64,000 nt of DNA from Mobula hypostoma (GCF_963921235.1 NC_086110.1:21018001-21082000), one strand, 5' to 3'; shown: positions 1 to 12,746, numbered from the stretch's first letter. Notes: a model not told the origin generated them from the sequence alone. Made by a program: numbers and translations.

Positions 1-883
1 TCAATGGCCCACTCTATGTCATCACGTGGGACAATATATCTTTCCACCATTCATCTGCAGTGACTGGCTGGTTTCAGGCTTATCCATCCATGTCCGTGAA
101 ACTCTTTTCACCGCACTCCCCATTCCTCAACCCTGCTGGGTTTTTCCCTTCCTGCAGATGGCAGGCGTCATTACAACCAAAGGCCGCTGATGGACACTAT
201 GATTGAGGATCACCATGCAGACGTCCAGGGCTGGATTTGGCATCCTGGGGGTGCATTGCTAGGGAGCACATTCGATGTGATGTTGTTGAAAACATGAGGT
301 CAAACCGGGGACAAAATAGATCAGAGATGACCATTATTGTACGGCATTTCTGTTAGCAGAGATGAATGATTTTTCTCCCCTAAAGGTGTGGTCAATTTTG
401 TCTTTCACTTTCATGTAACAACAGTTGAGATTCCAGACTGTGTGTGTCGGTTTGCATTCTTGCCTCTCATCCTGTTGATCCTTCAAAGTTCTTACTCAAG
501 ATTGGAGTTGTAATCATTGTATTTACAATAATAGACAAAGTGTCCTGATCTCTGGCATTATACATAGTATGCGCCAAGCATCACAATGTGCAACTGACTA
601 CACTGATCATGTTATGCCTCTTTGAGAAGGATGGCCAGTGTTTTGCCAGTGATTACCCAGTGATCACTGATATGTGTTAGTGATGTAATGCTGTGTGCTA
701 CTGTTTTAATTGAATTATTCACTTTTGCTGCAAATATTTATTGTTTTGATTTGCTGAGTGCAATTTGCAGTGAGAATGAGGAGTTTAGCACAATGGATTA
801 GTCTTTTGCAGCCTGTGTCGACTGTTTAGAGAATGTGGCTACTGTTTTGACCTGTGTGGTTAAGCGACTGAGAAAAACTGTAA
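1..883 (+). mobile_element. Degenerate Tc1/mariner (IS630-like, ISRm11-type) DNA transposon, 3' part, in ctrb-A intron 4
   Basis: Remnant motifs [18 protein letters not shown] and CIAREHIxCDV; terminal ...TGAGAAAAACTGTAA. Same element at about 30850-32262. Confidence 0.6.
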
Positions 884-1578
884 TAGGGCTAATAGTATGT
901 TCTCTTTTCATTTGATCTAAAATTGCCAGGATACCAAACATTAATGACTTAAGTTAGTTCTCACTTGATATAAGTGAGATAGGAATAAAACTTCAGTTTA
1001 TTTTGTTGGTTCCAAGCTATAAGTATTCAACAGTCTTGAGACTGACCTCATTTTGTTCTGGCTGTGAGCCTAATGATTCGTCAGCATTGACATTTCCAGA
1101 GAGGTCATGTATTCCGACGTGAAATGTCTAATCTGTTTGCTTCATGTTTGTACTTATGACTGATTTTGTCGTTTCACTTACTACACTGCAAGTAAAATTT
1201 ATTGCTGGAAGGCCCATGTGTCAGGGTATTGGGGCTAGTGCAGAGGAAAATTAATCTGATTAAAACTGGGGCCCCAGTGCCTGACGAAAGTGACGTGTAA
1301 TAATCTTTTATCATCTTCGTCAGCACCTGAAGTAATTCTTGCTTTTGCTTGTTATCGATATCTAGTGATTCTATTCTTGGTGCTATGAAGTTTATCATGG
1401 AGAGGCATATTCATATTGGAGATTGAAACCACTTTCGGTGTTGGACACCCCTTACTAAGATCCTGTGTCCTGTCTGTATGGCATCCATCTCTGCACATCA
1501 TTTTGGATCCTAACAGTACTGTAGCCCAAATTTGACCTGAATTCAAACAAATTCCTAGTTTTACAGGGAGATGCATAC

Positions 1579-1660
1579 CTTAGCAATGGACATGGACTTC
1601 TGGCTGGCTTCAGCTTTTGAGCTTTTGTCATAGGCACCAACAATAGCAAAGTCGTTCGTA
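1579..1660 (-). CDS. ctrb: ctrb-A exon 4
   Basis: 82 nt, [27 protein letters not shown], cag/gtatgc. Confidence 0.88.
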
Positions 1661-2643
1661 CTGTATGTGACAAAAGAAAAACAAAAGCAGTGACAGAGTT
1701 TGCTTGTTGCAAGATACCAGCAACTCCAAGCTTCATCAGTGGTGGGGGGGTGGGTGGGGGGGGGGTGGAGGGAAAATTGTACTTTCCAGTCAACGATTTC
1801 CCAAACTATTCATGCAAGGATCTTCCCTCGTTAGGTCAATGTTCATGCCCACAAGAGCAATTTTTCTTTGCCTCATATATCACTTTGAACAAAAATATCA
1901 GTTAAAGCTGCATCATCCCTCAGGAATTAGAGAATGATTCACCAGCACATTTCTTTCTCTCTTTGTAGGTGTTAAGACTTACCTCACTTCACAATGTGCA
2001 GCGGTGACAACCCAGTTTTCATTGATCAAGGAACCGCCGCAGAAATGCCAACCAGAATCAGTCTGTTACACGAGGAAAAAGGATGCTCAGTATTACCATA
2101 AAAACATCTTAAGCTTTTCTCCACCATACAGAAGTAGTTTTATTGAAATTTGACAGTGACTCTTGTCATGTGTGATGCCAAGCAGAGCTACCGGACGGAT
2201 AATGCTAATGAGAGAGATATCGGAAGACAATGGAGAAACATTCAAAATGCTAATAAGAGAGAAGAGAGAGATCAACGAGAAAGAAACACAATTCAGATAT
2301 TGACTTTGAACCTGAACTGTTTGAAGTTTGATGGACAGGTGATACCCCAGCAGGGGGATAAAAAGAGCAGGTTTGCTAAGGCACAACACGCCATGAGACC
2401 CAGGAAAGAGCAGTGTGCCGCCAAAAGTTGGTGAGAGTTTGGAGGACCGGTTCATGGGGATTGGTCAGAGGCCCACAGGGGGTAAAGGTACGATCGATGG
2501 GAACCTGGGGTGTGTGTCCGCCCTTGCCTGGGTGCCAGGTTCACCACGGAAGAACGATCGTATCCGGAACGGAGCGGTCACAGTCGATGACCACAGTGGG
2601 ATTAGAAGACATCGAAAGGTCTGCCCGAAACCAACTGCATCTC

Positions 2644-2683
<40 letters not shown>

Positions 2684-3955
2684 CCTTCAACGGTACAACA
2701 ACAGCAATTACTTCGAACTGCACTAAACTGAACTGAACTCTGCTTCATTTAAGACTGATCATTTTACCCCTAGACTGCGATAGAGCTTGGTTGATTCCTA
2801 TTACCCCAGTTCTGTGTATATGTGTGTATTATCATTGCTAACCTGTAGATATATATCCTTGTGATTAGTGTACTGTATTACTTATTTCTTTAATAAAACT
2901 TTATTAGTTCCTAGTAATCACAGACTCCAAAGGGGATTCCATTTCTGATGGTTTGGAAACCCAGCTAAGGGGTACGTAACACTCTCTATTGCAAATTGGG
3001 TAAAAGGAAACAAGACTCATAATATAACAAGGAAGTTATCATATGTCATTGGATCATGAATTCAAAGAAATTCGTTGAAGAACAAAATTTTAAAGATGCA
3101 ATAAATAACTACTGTAAAACTAAACTTCAGTTTTAAATGAAAGATATGATTAGAAATAGGGCTAATATTGTAATACCAAGAACAGTTAAGTGGGATTTAG
3201 AAAATGATGTGGAAATCTGAAAAGTTGGGTAAGAATTGCTTAAGGGGAGTTTGAAAAATGAATAAAAGATAATGTAAGGAAGTTTATGGGGGTATAAGAT
3301 ATTTTCCTGGAGAATGTTTAAAGTAAAGAGAGCCTGGAACCAATCTGAGAGGAGAGATGGAGATGAATTGTGCAAGATGAAATGACAGCAAGATATTAAG
3401 CACTGGATTATATGATGCAAGTACTAATGGAATAAGAATCTGGATGCTACACAGAGGGATATGTCACTGCAGGAAGGGAGCAGTTCTAAAATGGAATCAA
3501 GAAGCTCCATGCAGTCGAAATAATTTGTAAAGGAGGATAATGTAATCTTAGTGTTCAAATTGCCATTTAGCACTGGAGAATTACTAATCAAAAGATAGAG
3601 AAAGATAGGCCAAGTAATCATAAACCAACTGGTATGAGGACATTTATGGATCAACTCTGAGAATCTATAATTTCCCACAATTAGTAAGAATTCAGACATA
3701 CATTAATTAAGAATAACCAGTTTGGATTTGTTAAAGATAAATAGTGATTTTGTAGAGGATTGTAGAAAGTCTATATTACATCAAGGTTTTAAGAAAGTAA
3801 TTCACGTGAAGCTTGTTAAATAAAAACAGACAAACGTATAATAGGACAGATAAAAAGTTGATTGACAGAAACAAGAGAGAGAGAGAGAGAGAGGGTGAGA
3901 AAGAGAGTGTGAGAGAGTGATAGTGAGAGAGAGAGAGGGTGAGAAGGATTGAGAG

Positions 3956-3987
<32 letters not shown>

Positions 3988-4938
3988 TGAAAGAGAGAGA
4001 GAGTGAAAGAGAGTAGACTGGGTGGGACAGAGAGGGAAACTGTGCACCCCAAACAATGGTGCTCAGTTCACTGTCCGACAAATTAAAGAAACTTCAGGGA
4101 AACCTCTGTAATATTCAAAATTAGGAAAATGGATAATTTTTTTGAGAGTTGTGGTGACTAAAAGCAAAACGGGATTATTTAAAGAAATGCCACTGGAATG
4201 CAAACATATTTACTTTTTAATCTGTGGAACAGGGATGAGCAGAGAAAGCTCTTCATATAACTTCATCTTTTGAGCAAAGAGCTGCAAATATTGCCCATTA
4301 CTGTGTCTATTAACCAAACAGGATGCAATATAAATACAGAAGTATCTGGCCTTTTGCAGCAATTTCAACAGTTCTAAGGCTTTCGTATTTTTACATGTCC
4401 GAGTTGCTAGCTCAATGTTCAACCCAGCACGGATGGAAAGTGTGCAAGAGAGCCGGCTGGATTCGAACTCGGGACCCTTCGCGCTGAAAGCGGGCAATGA
4501 TGCCACTATGCCACCAGCCGGCGAGTCTAGTGATTAGGTTAGGGTCAAGTCGGGGGTTGCTGGGCAATGTGGCTCGAAGGGCTGGAAGGGCCTATTCCGT
4601 GTTGTCTCTCTATAACCATAAGTACTAAATAACAAAAACAAATAACTTACTAGGTAACATTAACTGACCTGCAGGGAAACCTGCCAGGGCCAGGATCCTG
4701 GAACAGCCTCTTCACCATTGACAATTCGACTGTAGCCTGACACAACCGGGGTGATGGCTGGAGATCCGCAGCCTGCACCTGGGTGGAGAGAAGCAGTTGT
4801 TCTATGTAAATGTTGCCTATTGCATTCAACACAGCACCCTCCGTTCCAATGGTTAAAAGTAGAATTCTAATTTCAAGTGATATTACCATAAGTGACTCCA
4901 ATGAAAGCGAAGCAGTGGAGAAGCCACAGAAACGCCAT
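1579..4938 (-). CDS. ctrb: Chymotrypsinogen B-like copy A, exons 1-4 (exons 5-7 would lie beyond the window start)
   Basis: join(4887-4938,4669-4772,1983-2062,1579-1660), all GT/AG, phases 1/0/2/0: [106 protein letters not shown]. No lesions seen. Confidence 0.92.
1983..2062 (-). CDS. ctrb: ctrb-A exon 3 (catalytic His57)
   Basis: 80 nt, [26 protein letters not shown]. Confidence 0.95.
2164..2981 (+). mobile_element. Solo LTR in ctrb-A intron 2
   Basis: TG...CA ends, 4-bp TSD CTCT (2160-2163 / 2982-2985), internal AATAAA and (CT)n. Absent at the orthologous position in copies B, C and D. Confidence 0.85.
3873..4015. repeat. Imperfect (GA)n microsatellite
   Basis: GA/GAGT runs; shorter versions in copies B (about 34405-34505) and C (about 45040-45145). 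Confidence 0.9.
4386..4522 (-). mobile_element. tRNA-derived SINE in ctrb intron 2
   Basis: A box TGGCATAGTGG, B box GAGTTCGAATCC, A-rich tail; also at about 34867-35003(-) and 44531-44667(+). Confidence 0.75.
4669..4772 (-). CDS. ctrb: ctrb-A exon 2 (propeptide and activation site R-IVNG)
   Basis: 104 nt, [34 protein letters not shown]. Confidence 0.95.
4887..4938 (-). CDS. ctrb: ctrb-A exon 1 (signal peptide)
   Basis: accATGG Kozak context, 52 nt, [17 protein letters not shown](G), gtaata donor. Confidence 0.92.
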
Positions 4939-4976
4939 GGTGAGCTTATAACATTCTTTAAGAGACTGATGATTGG

Positions 4977-4983
4977 TTTTATA
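4977..4983 (-). promoter_or_regulatory. TATA box of ctrb-A
   Basis: TATAAAA about 40 nt upstream of the ATG; conserved in B (35458-35464) and C (42714-42720). Confidence 0.8.
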
Positions 4984-5573
4984 GGGTCTATTTGCCATGA
5001 ACTTTACACTTCAAAGTCATGAATAAAAAATGCTCTGTGTGCAAAAGTTAATAACAGCATATGTTGCTTATTCCTTTTCCAAGTAAACAAATATTATACA
5101 AGGTTGTGCAAACTCTGGAAAAATGGCAATTATCCTAAACAAATGCAAATAAGGCACATACGGTCTTTGACACATAACTTCTCAGCTCTCTGCATTCTAG
5201 CACTTGATCACAATGAGTTGCCGGTAAACACTTGCACAGGTCAATGCAGTTCAGTGGCTGCGTTCCGAGCATCAGTGTCTTCACATTCAGTTGCTCCGAT
5301 CCACCCCCATTTGTTGATCCAGTAAGAAAAATACAAAGTTTGTTCTGGAAGACCAAATCAGCCGGCCTCAGCCCTAGTAAGTGCTAAACTCTCCGGAGAC
5401 ATACAGTATACAGTCACCTAGCAACACACACAAAATGCTGGAGCATCTCAGTCGGTCAGGCAGCATCTATGGAGGGGAATAAAGAGTCGATCTTTCAGGC
5501 TGAGACCCTTCATCAGGATTGGAAAGGGAGGGGGAAGAAGCCAAATGAGAAGGTGGGGAAGGAGTACAAGCTT

Positions 5574-7815
5574 AATAAAGAGGTACACACTAATTTGCTA
5601 GATTATGTTTTAAAATTTAAAGAAAGATTATATAAAGCTTGTAGCTTGGCATAGGAACATTTGAAGTTGGCTCAAGTGAAGATGAAGACCTGGTATGATA
5701 AGGAAGCTAGAATGAGGTTATTTAAACCTGGAGATAAGGTGCTGGTTCTTTTCCCACTGCAAAGGAACCAATTACAAGCTAAATTTCATGGTCCTTATGA
5801 AATTAAATCTAAAGTAAATGATGTGGATTATGTGATAAAAACCCCAGATCAAAGAAAGACAACACAGCTGTGTCATATAAATATGATAAAACCATATTAT
5901 GAGAGAGAAGCTTCTACTATGACTGATGTGATCAATAATGAGTTTGATCTTTCTAAAAACTTAATGGATGATTCATCTGAAACTCATTTTAAACCCAACA
6001 TTATTTCAGCCAGGTTACCAAATTCAAAAATTCTAGAAAATATTGATGAAAAATTATCTCATTTACAGCCAGAGCAGAGAGAGAGAGAAGATAAAAGAGT
6101 TAATTTTTAAATATAGAGATTTATTTCCAAATGTTCCTAGAAGAACCACCGTAGCTACGCGTGATGTAGATGTTGGAGATGCAAAACCCATAAAACAACA
6201 TCCGTATCGAATGAACAGGGAAAACTCTGAACTTACCAAACAAGAAATTAAGTGTATGTCAGAGAATGATATTATTAGACATTCTAATTCGGATTGGAGT
6301 TCACCGTGTGTTATGGTGCCTAAGCCAGACAATAGTGTTAGGTTTTGTACAGATTACAGGAAGGTGAATGCTGTGACAAAAGCTGATGCATATCCAATCC
6401 CTAGGGTAGATGATTGTGCGGATAAAGTTGGACAAGCCAAATTCCTTACAAAGATTGATTTGTTGAAAGTTTATTGGTGTGTTCCATTGACGGATAGAGG
6501 TAGAGAGATTTCAGCATTTGTAACCCCATCTAGGTTATATGAATGTAATGTTCTTCCATTTAGGATGAAGAATGCACCAGGTACTTTTCTGAGAATGACT
6601 AATAGTGTAATTCATGGATTAAAAGATACAGATGCCTGTATTGATGATTTAGTTAGAGGAAATAATACGTGGAAAGCACACATTACTGCAGTGGAGAAAC
6701 TATTGGATAGACTTTCAAAAGCCAACTTAACTATTAACTTAGCTAAAAGTGAATTTGGTCATGCCACTGTGATTCTTAAGGAAAAGGGTTAAGGAAATCA
6801 AACTCCAATTTAATAACACAGTTCAATGTTACAGGAGTACAATATTTTGATCACTCATATTAAGGGTAAAGATAATGTGATTGCTGATTGTCTATCTAGA
6901 TGTTAAATGTACAATGAAATTTTTTTATAGAGTGGTATTTTAACATTTGTAACACTCATGCTGTATATTAGTTTGTAAAGTGCTGAAAGATAAGACTGTA
7001 TATATTGTGTACGTTGTAAATTTTATACCTTTGTATTTTTTGTGTAAATTGTTAATTGTTAAAATTTTGTTCCTTAAGAGACCAAATTTTTTTTGGAGGG
7101 AGGTGTTACATACCTCAAGGTGATCTTGTGAGAATGATGTAGCGGTCTTTTGGAGGTCACCTGATGTAATTTTCCCGCCGATGTGAGGTCACACGATGAC
7201 ATGTGCACCATGAGTATAAAAGGGAAGATCTCTGGTGACGCAGTTAGTTATTAGTTTTCCAACTAGAACGTTTGTCAATGTCTCCGTTCTGTTGTGTATT
7301 TGTTTTTATGATGCAGTTTCATTTTTAAAATGGAGTGTTACATTCTGTTGCAAGGTAAGATAGTGCTGAATTGGCAGTTTACCCTTTTTGCCAGATTTGT
7401 TAATGTACCTTTTCAGTAGTATTGGAGAGCGAAGACTTCATCGAAGTACAGGATTGAAGGATTAAGAGAAGGTGGTATCGTTCGTCAATTTAATAAAGGA
7501 TCAACCTTATTGAGTCTTCGTTGAAGAAGTAGCGACCTGCATCGAGATAACTCTTGCCAAAGGAACAAGGTAGTTCATGCAGAATTTGCTCTCTGGAAAT
7601 TAAGGTCAGTTGTTTTAAGCCGTTTATTTCCTTCAGTATGAATCCTTTGGACAGAACCAGCAGGAAAGTCGCGTCTATGAAGAAATCCTTCTCCAGAGAA
7701 GTCTCTCCCAATTGAATGTATAAATCTGTTGGACTTTCGAATTTACCATTTTAAGAACTGTGTTTGACTTTACCGCTTTAAGAACTGTTTTCACATTTAT
7801 CTCTTTAAGAACCAG
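5574..7815 (+). mobile_element. Gmr1-like Ty3/Gypsy LTR retrotransposon fragment (integrase C-terminus, RT, RNase H end, PPT, 3' LTR)
   Basis: ORF 5661-6110 has the integrase GPY/F tail (FKPGDKVLV...FHGPYEI...HINMIKPY). ORF 6043-6792 is RT (WSSPCVMVPKPD, RFCTDYRKVN, PFRMKNAPGTF, CIDD). RH tail LQEYNILITHIKGKDNVIADCLSR. Purine tract GGAGGGAGG then TGTTACA at 7104. Contains stops, frameshifts and an internal deletion. Confidence 0.88.
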
Positions 7816-8421
7816 GCTTGTTTATAAAACAGAAATGCACGGTACACAAGGGAGCACAAAGGATGGGTAAAACAATGGTTAAATGGCAGAAAACAAAGAT
7901 GTTGATTTTTGGATTTGAATGATAGTGTTGTCCCCTTTGCTGTCTCTTTCTTGGTTCTTTATGCCTGCAGGCATTCTGTCAAAAAGCACTAAACAGAAAC
8001 TGTAGTTCCTTTCTTTTTATCCAAACTTTTAACCAGAGCACCAAGTGAGATTCAGAAACTGAAGGAAACATATTTGCTTTCACAAGTTTTGTTGTGGAGC
8101 AGAAATTCTACAGAACTTTCTCAGGGGAGTGACCATAAGCCCATAAGACATCAGAGCAGAATTAGGCTAATTCAGTCCAAATGGTCAGCTCCACCAGTCC
8201 ATCACGGCTGATTTCATATCCCTTTCAACCCAGGAATTCTGCCAGTTTTCCACAGCAGATCTAAGGAAAACTCACATATGTACTGCATCAACTAATGTAC
8301 ACTATGGAAGTGCAAAAATAATGTCTCATTATTTGTCTTCAAATAATCAAAATATATAAGAAAAGAAGCAGATTAGCAACTTGCTGTTTGGAAAGGAATG
8401 ACACTCATTGGTTCGTTAACA

Positions 8422-9113
8422 CTATTGACAATAAACTGGACTGGTCTAAGAACACTGAGGCTGTCTACAAGGGTCAGAGCCGTCCCTATTTCCTGAGGAG
8501 ACTGAGGTCCTTTAACATCTGCCGGACGATGCTGAGGATGTTCTACGAGTCTGTGGTGGCCAGTGCTATCATATTTGCTGTTCTGTGTTGGGGCAGCAGG
8601 CTGAGGGTGGCAGACACCAGCAGAATCAACAAACTCATTCGTAAGGTCAGTGATATTGTGGGGATGGAACTGGACTCTCTGACGGTGGTGTCTGAAAAGA
8701 GGATGCTGTCCAAGTTGCATGCCATCTTGGTCAATATCTCCCATCCACTACATAATGTACTGGGTGGGCACAGGAGTACATTCAACCAGAGACTCATTCC
8801 TCCGAGATGCAACACAGAGCGTCATAGGAAGTCGTTCCTGTCTGTGGCCATCAAATTTTACAACCCTTGGGGGGTCAGACACCCTGAGCCGATAGGCTGG
8901 TACTGGACTTATTTCATAATTTACTGGCATAATTTACATATTACTGTTTAACTATTTATTACCATTTCTATTACTATTTATTATTTCTATGACTATTACT
9001 ATTTACTAATAGTAATACTACTATTACTATTTCTATTACTATTTATTATTTATGGTGTAACTGTAACAAAAACCAATTTCCCCCGGGATCAATAACTATG
9101 ACTATGACTATGC
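8422..9113 (+). mobile_element. 5'-truncated Rex1/Babar-type LINE
   Basis: RT C-terminus (KGQSRPYFLRRLRSFNIC...FYESVVASAI...RHRKSFLSVAIKFYN), (ACTATG)n tail, TSD TAACA. Empty site in the inverted copy near 39600. Confidence 0.85.
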
Positions 9114-9549
9114 TAACAACACAAGAGATTCAGTATTGTAGGTTAACAAATAGCTGCAGAGAGAAAGCTTCCAACAGGTAACTGGATACACGTGACCTTG
9201 TCTTATGTAAATAACCGGTTTCTTGCACAACACTTCAGCAAAGTGGAAAATAGGAAACTCTATTCTGTTTGCTTCAGCAGAGCCCAACTCAGGTTTTCCT
9301 CTAATTATTAGAAGTTTTAAACAACAACTTCCCTTCAACCATTCAGTTCTGGAACCAACCCATACAACCCTAATCACTACCACAGCAGAGAAATGCTAGC
9401 TATGACCACTTTGACCTGCAATGACATTGCTGTTGTAGTTGTGATCTTTCCTACATCATTTAAGTTTTTCTTGTGAATGTTGTGTATGTCTCGCCTTGTC
9501 CCTTTGACACCGTTGCAACCAAGTTTTTCATTGCACCTGTGTTTGCTTT

Positions 9550-9728
9550 TTATTCAGAGACACAGCACGGTAACAGGTCCTTCTTGCGCTGCCCAACTGC
9601 ACCCATGTGACCTGTTGAGCTAATGAACTGCATGTTGGAACGTGGGAGGAAATCGGAGCACCCAGAGGAAAGCCAAGCGGTGACGGGAAGAACATGCGAA
9701 CTCCTTACAGACAGTGACAGGAACATAC
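9550..9728 (-). mobile_element. V-SINE/HE1-like SINE
   Basis: GGGAGGAAATCGGAGCACCCAGAGGAAAGCCAAGCGGTGACGGGAAGAAC core; inverted copy at about 38990-39168. Confidence 0.65.
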
Positions 9729-9790
9729 CCCTTATACATGCACTTGGGCATAAACTTAACTTTGACTTAGACCCACATTAACTTACTTCA

Positions 9791-9887
9791 AGCAGCACAC
9801 ACCAAAGTTGCTGGTGATCGCAGCAGGCCAGGCAGCATCTCTAGGAAGAGGGACAGTAGACGTTTCAGGCCGAGACCCTTCGTCAGG
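9791..9887. mobile_element. Short Penelope-derived terminal fragment with TSD
   Basis: CAGCAGGCCAGGCAGCATCT...GAGACCCTTCGTCAGG flanked by the direct repeat AACTTACTTCA. Confidence 0.6.
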
Positions 9888-10929
9888 AACTTACTTCATG
9901 TCATGAAGTTATCTCTGGACTGAAGAAGGATTTGAATAAAAACCGAACATGCTGGAAACTTGGGAAGTCAGGCCCCTTCCATGGAAAGGGGAACAGCTCA
10001 CTCTCCATGAGTTTTTCCAACATTTTCTGCTATGATTTCACCTTTCCATCTTCTGCAGTTCTTTTGATTTTCATCAAGCATTGGAATATATGCCTGTTCA
10101 AGTGCTGATGATAAAGCTACCAATAAGTGGGGTTGCTAATTAATAGTTTTAATCAAATAGTGCATGAAGTAGAAATTCTGCTCTGTCAATAGCAGAAGGC
10201 AAACTGATTCACACACCATTGTTCTGGAACTCTGCAGCCCTTTCCAGATCCCCACTCCACTGTTCAGCTGTGTGACGGCCGCATGTGAAATAAGACAGTG
10301 GCTTCGTTTCTATTCTGCTTTTATTGACATTAGCCCAGGATTTTAGTTGGGCCTACACTCATCACCCCCTGCATTGGGGAGATTTGCTCTTTTCGACTGC
10401 AGGAATTCTGAAGCTCTGTTGCTAATCCAATGCCCTGTAGGCAGTAGAATAAAGTGAACTTCAAATCATTCAGTTGCTCTGAACTGAAATATTGCTTCCA
10501 TCCGTTGGAGATAGAAGCAGGCATGGGTACTGTAGGCACTTATTTTGGGAATTGCTCATGAAGCAATGGAGGGGAGGAGAGGTGTTACAGCCAGGATCAG
10601 AAATGTTTGGGATTTTCCAGTGCCTCTTTCAGTGCCTCGCTTCCCCAGAGCAGGACAAACCAGTAGGCTTGGCCTCCCTCAGTTTATCAAAGTTTATTTC
10701 TTTCAATATTCAAGATTGTTTATCGCCATTCTTTGGTACAAGTGTAAAGAAGAGCAAGATGATCTGGATCCAATACAGCTTTAAAAAGTACAGGAAGCAT
10801 AAAGAACACAATAAAAACAAAAATAATCGCAATGTGTTATTTATTGATTAGCAAATATAAAAGCAATCCTATAAATCACAATAGGTGAGTAACTGTTTGA
10901 GTGTGACCAATATGTACAGAAGATTATTG

Positions 10930-11200
10930 TACTGTATATACCTCATGGACAGGGACTAGCTCGCCGTATATACCATATATACAGGAAATTAGCTTACTGT
11001 ATATACTACATGGATGAGGATTAGTTTACTGTATATACCATATGCATAGATTAGTTTACCATATACACCATATGTACAGGGGATTAGCTTACTGTATATA
11101 CCGTATGTATAGGGGATTAGTTTATCATGTATACCGTATGGACAGGGGATTAGTTTTCTGTATATACCATAGGTATAGGGGATTAATTTACTGTATATAC
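10930..11200. repeat. Minisatellite, about 33-bp unit
   Basis: About 8 degenerate copies of CTGTATATACCATATGTACAGGGGATTAGTTTA. Confidence 0.85.
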
Positions 11201-11239
11201 AGAGACTGACCGTATGCACATAAAGTGTATAGATTACAT

Positions 11240-11445
11240 TGAGTGGCTAATGTGAATGTAGTGGTGATGAGTGGGTTAATGTGAATGTAGTGGTGATGAG
11301 TGGGTTAATGTGAATGTAGTGGTGATGTGTGGGTTAATGTGAATGTAGTGGTGATGAGTGGGTTAATGTGAATATAGTGGTGATGAGTGGGTTAATGTGG
11401 ATGTAGTGGTGATGAGTGGGTTAATCTGGATGTAGTCTGATGGGT
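11240..11445. repeat. Minisatellite, 29-bp unit
   Basis: About 7 copies of GTGAATGTAGTGGTGATGAGTGGGTTAAT. Confidence 0.9.
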
Positions 11446-12732
11446 GATTTAATGGGCGGCGGTGTTGATCAGTCTGAAAACTTTGGAAAGTAATAGCTTT
11501 TTTCGTTTTGGACCTGGTGTAAATGCTGCATAGCCCATCCAAAAGGCATCAGAGACAGCAATTTCCTCTAGTTCTATGCTGGGCATAGTGAGTCACTGCC
11601 TTTCAATCCCAAATCATTGAGTGCAGGGGACCGCTCCATCTGGCATCTGCCCTGATGCCACACGCAGACTGTCGGTTTCACAGCGCCGTTCGGGCAGAGT
11701 AAAGTCGAGTGCATCCATTTTGAGAAGCAGGAATTGTGTGGGGGCTCTGATCAAACTGCATAGGAGAACTTGCTCCTCTATCATAATCCACTGCCTATGT
11801 CCTCCTTCACAAAAATCACAGTGGCTACACTCTTGATCAATGAAAGGGCTGTAAAAATCCCAGAGAATTGCCCTCGCGTGTCATTTGTGGAGGTGTAGTT
11901 CATAAAACATCCAAACCACTATGAATGGGGAAAAAAGCAGAGGGATTTACAGCACAAGAAGAGACTGATGTCTCCAGTTACTCCTTTAAACATGAGGTGG
12001 CTTCAGGTAATAAGTTCCAGACCCCAACCTCACTTTCGGTTCAGAAATTTTTTCTCAACTGCCCCCAGTTGTTCTTGTTACTAAACTCTGTTAAGGGAAA
12101 TAGGGTCCTCACTGTTTATTCAGCCTGGGCCCCTCAGAATTTTATGCACGTCAATTAAATCTTCCCTGGTCTGGAAATGTCCTTGTAAATCTCTTCCACC
12201 CACATTGAGTGCTATCACAGTGTGTCTGTAGTGTACCGACCAGAAATGCTGACAGGTTTGCCTCTGCCATCTTATTCAGCATCATCTCCCTGCTCTTGTT
12301 CTTAGAGAATCAGCAAGTATCCGAAATGCCTTTTTTAACCACTTGATCTGCTTGTCTACTCACATCCAGGGATTCGTGATTCCATGCTTCTTCCACGTTC
12401 TTAGCATCAAACCATTTCTGGTGCACCAGCGCCTCCCCCATTCCTCCCCCTCCCACCTAAATGGGAGGGAGGGAGAGGGGGAGAGAGAGGGAGAGGGAGA
12501 GATTGTCTTTATTCCCTAGACTCTTAACCCTGTCAGAAAATTTCTCTTTTTTCCCAGTCTTTGTTTTCTCTTCCATCCAGTTCTTGCCCCATTCCTCCCA
12601 GGCTTCTATGTACTGGAGAGGACCGCATAAAAAGTATCGGGGTCTCCGAAAGTTGGTAAAGAAATTGAAGCAAAATACATGGTGATGTAGGAGTTATAAA
12701 TGTGGGACGTGTTACCTTAGAAATGCTTTGAT

Positions 12733-12746
12733 GCGCCACCTACTGG
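12733..12746 (-). promoter_or_regulatory. Candidate CTCF binding site
   Basis: CCAGTAGGTGGCGC matches CCASYAGRKGGCRS at every position. Confidence 0.5.

Noticed and set aside
1174-3699. Short ORFs recurring in all ctrb copies ([11 protein letters not shown]..., [12 protein letters not shown]...)
   Set aside because: Intronic; they recur only because the duplication is recent
4386-4522. tRNA gene
   Set aside because: A and B boxes are present but there is no convincing cloverleaf, and a SINE body and tail follow
5040-5160. PTF1 bipartite element in the ctrb promoter (CATATG/CATTTG E-boxes, TTTTCC)
   Set aside because: E-box core and spacing do not fit the canonical CACCTG-N4/5 or N15/16-TTTCCC arrangement
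10930-11445. CRISPR-like periodicity
   Set aside because: Head-to-tail units with no unique spacers, in a vertebrate context; these are minisatellites
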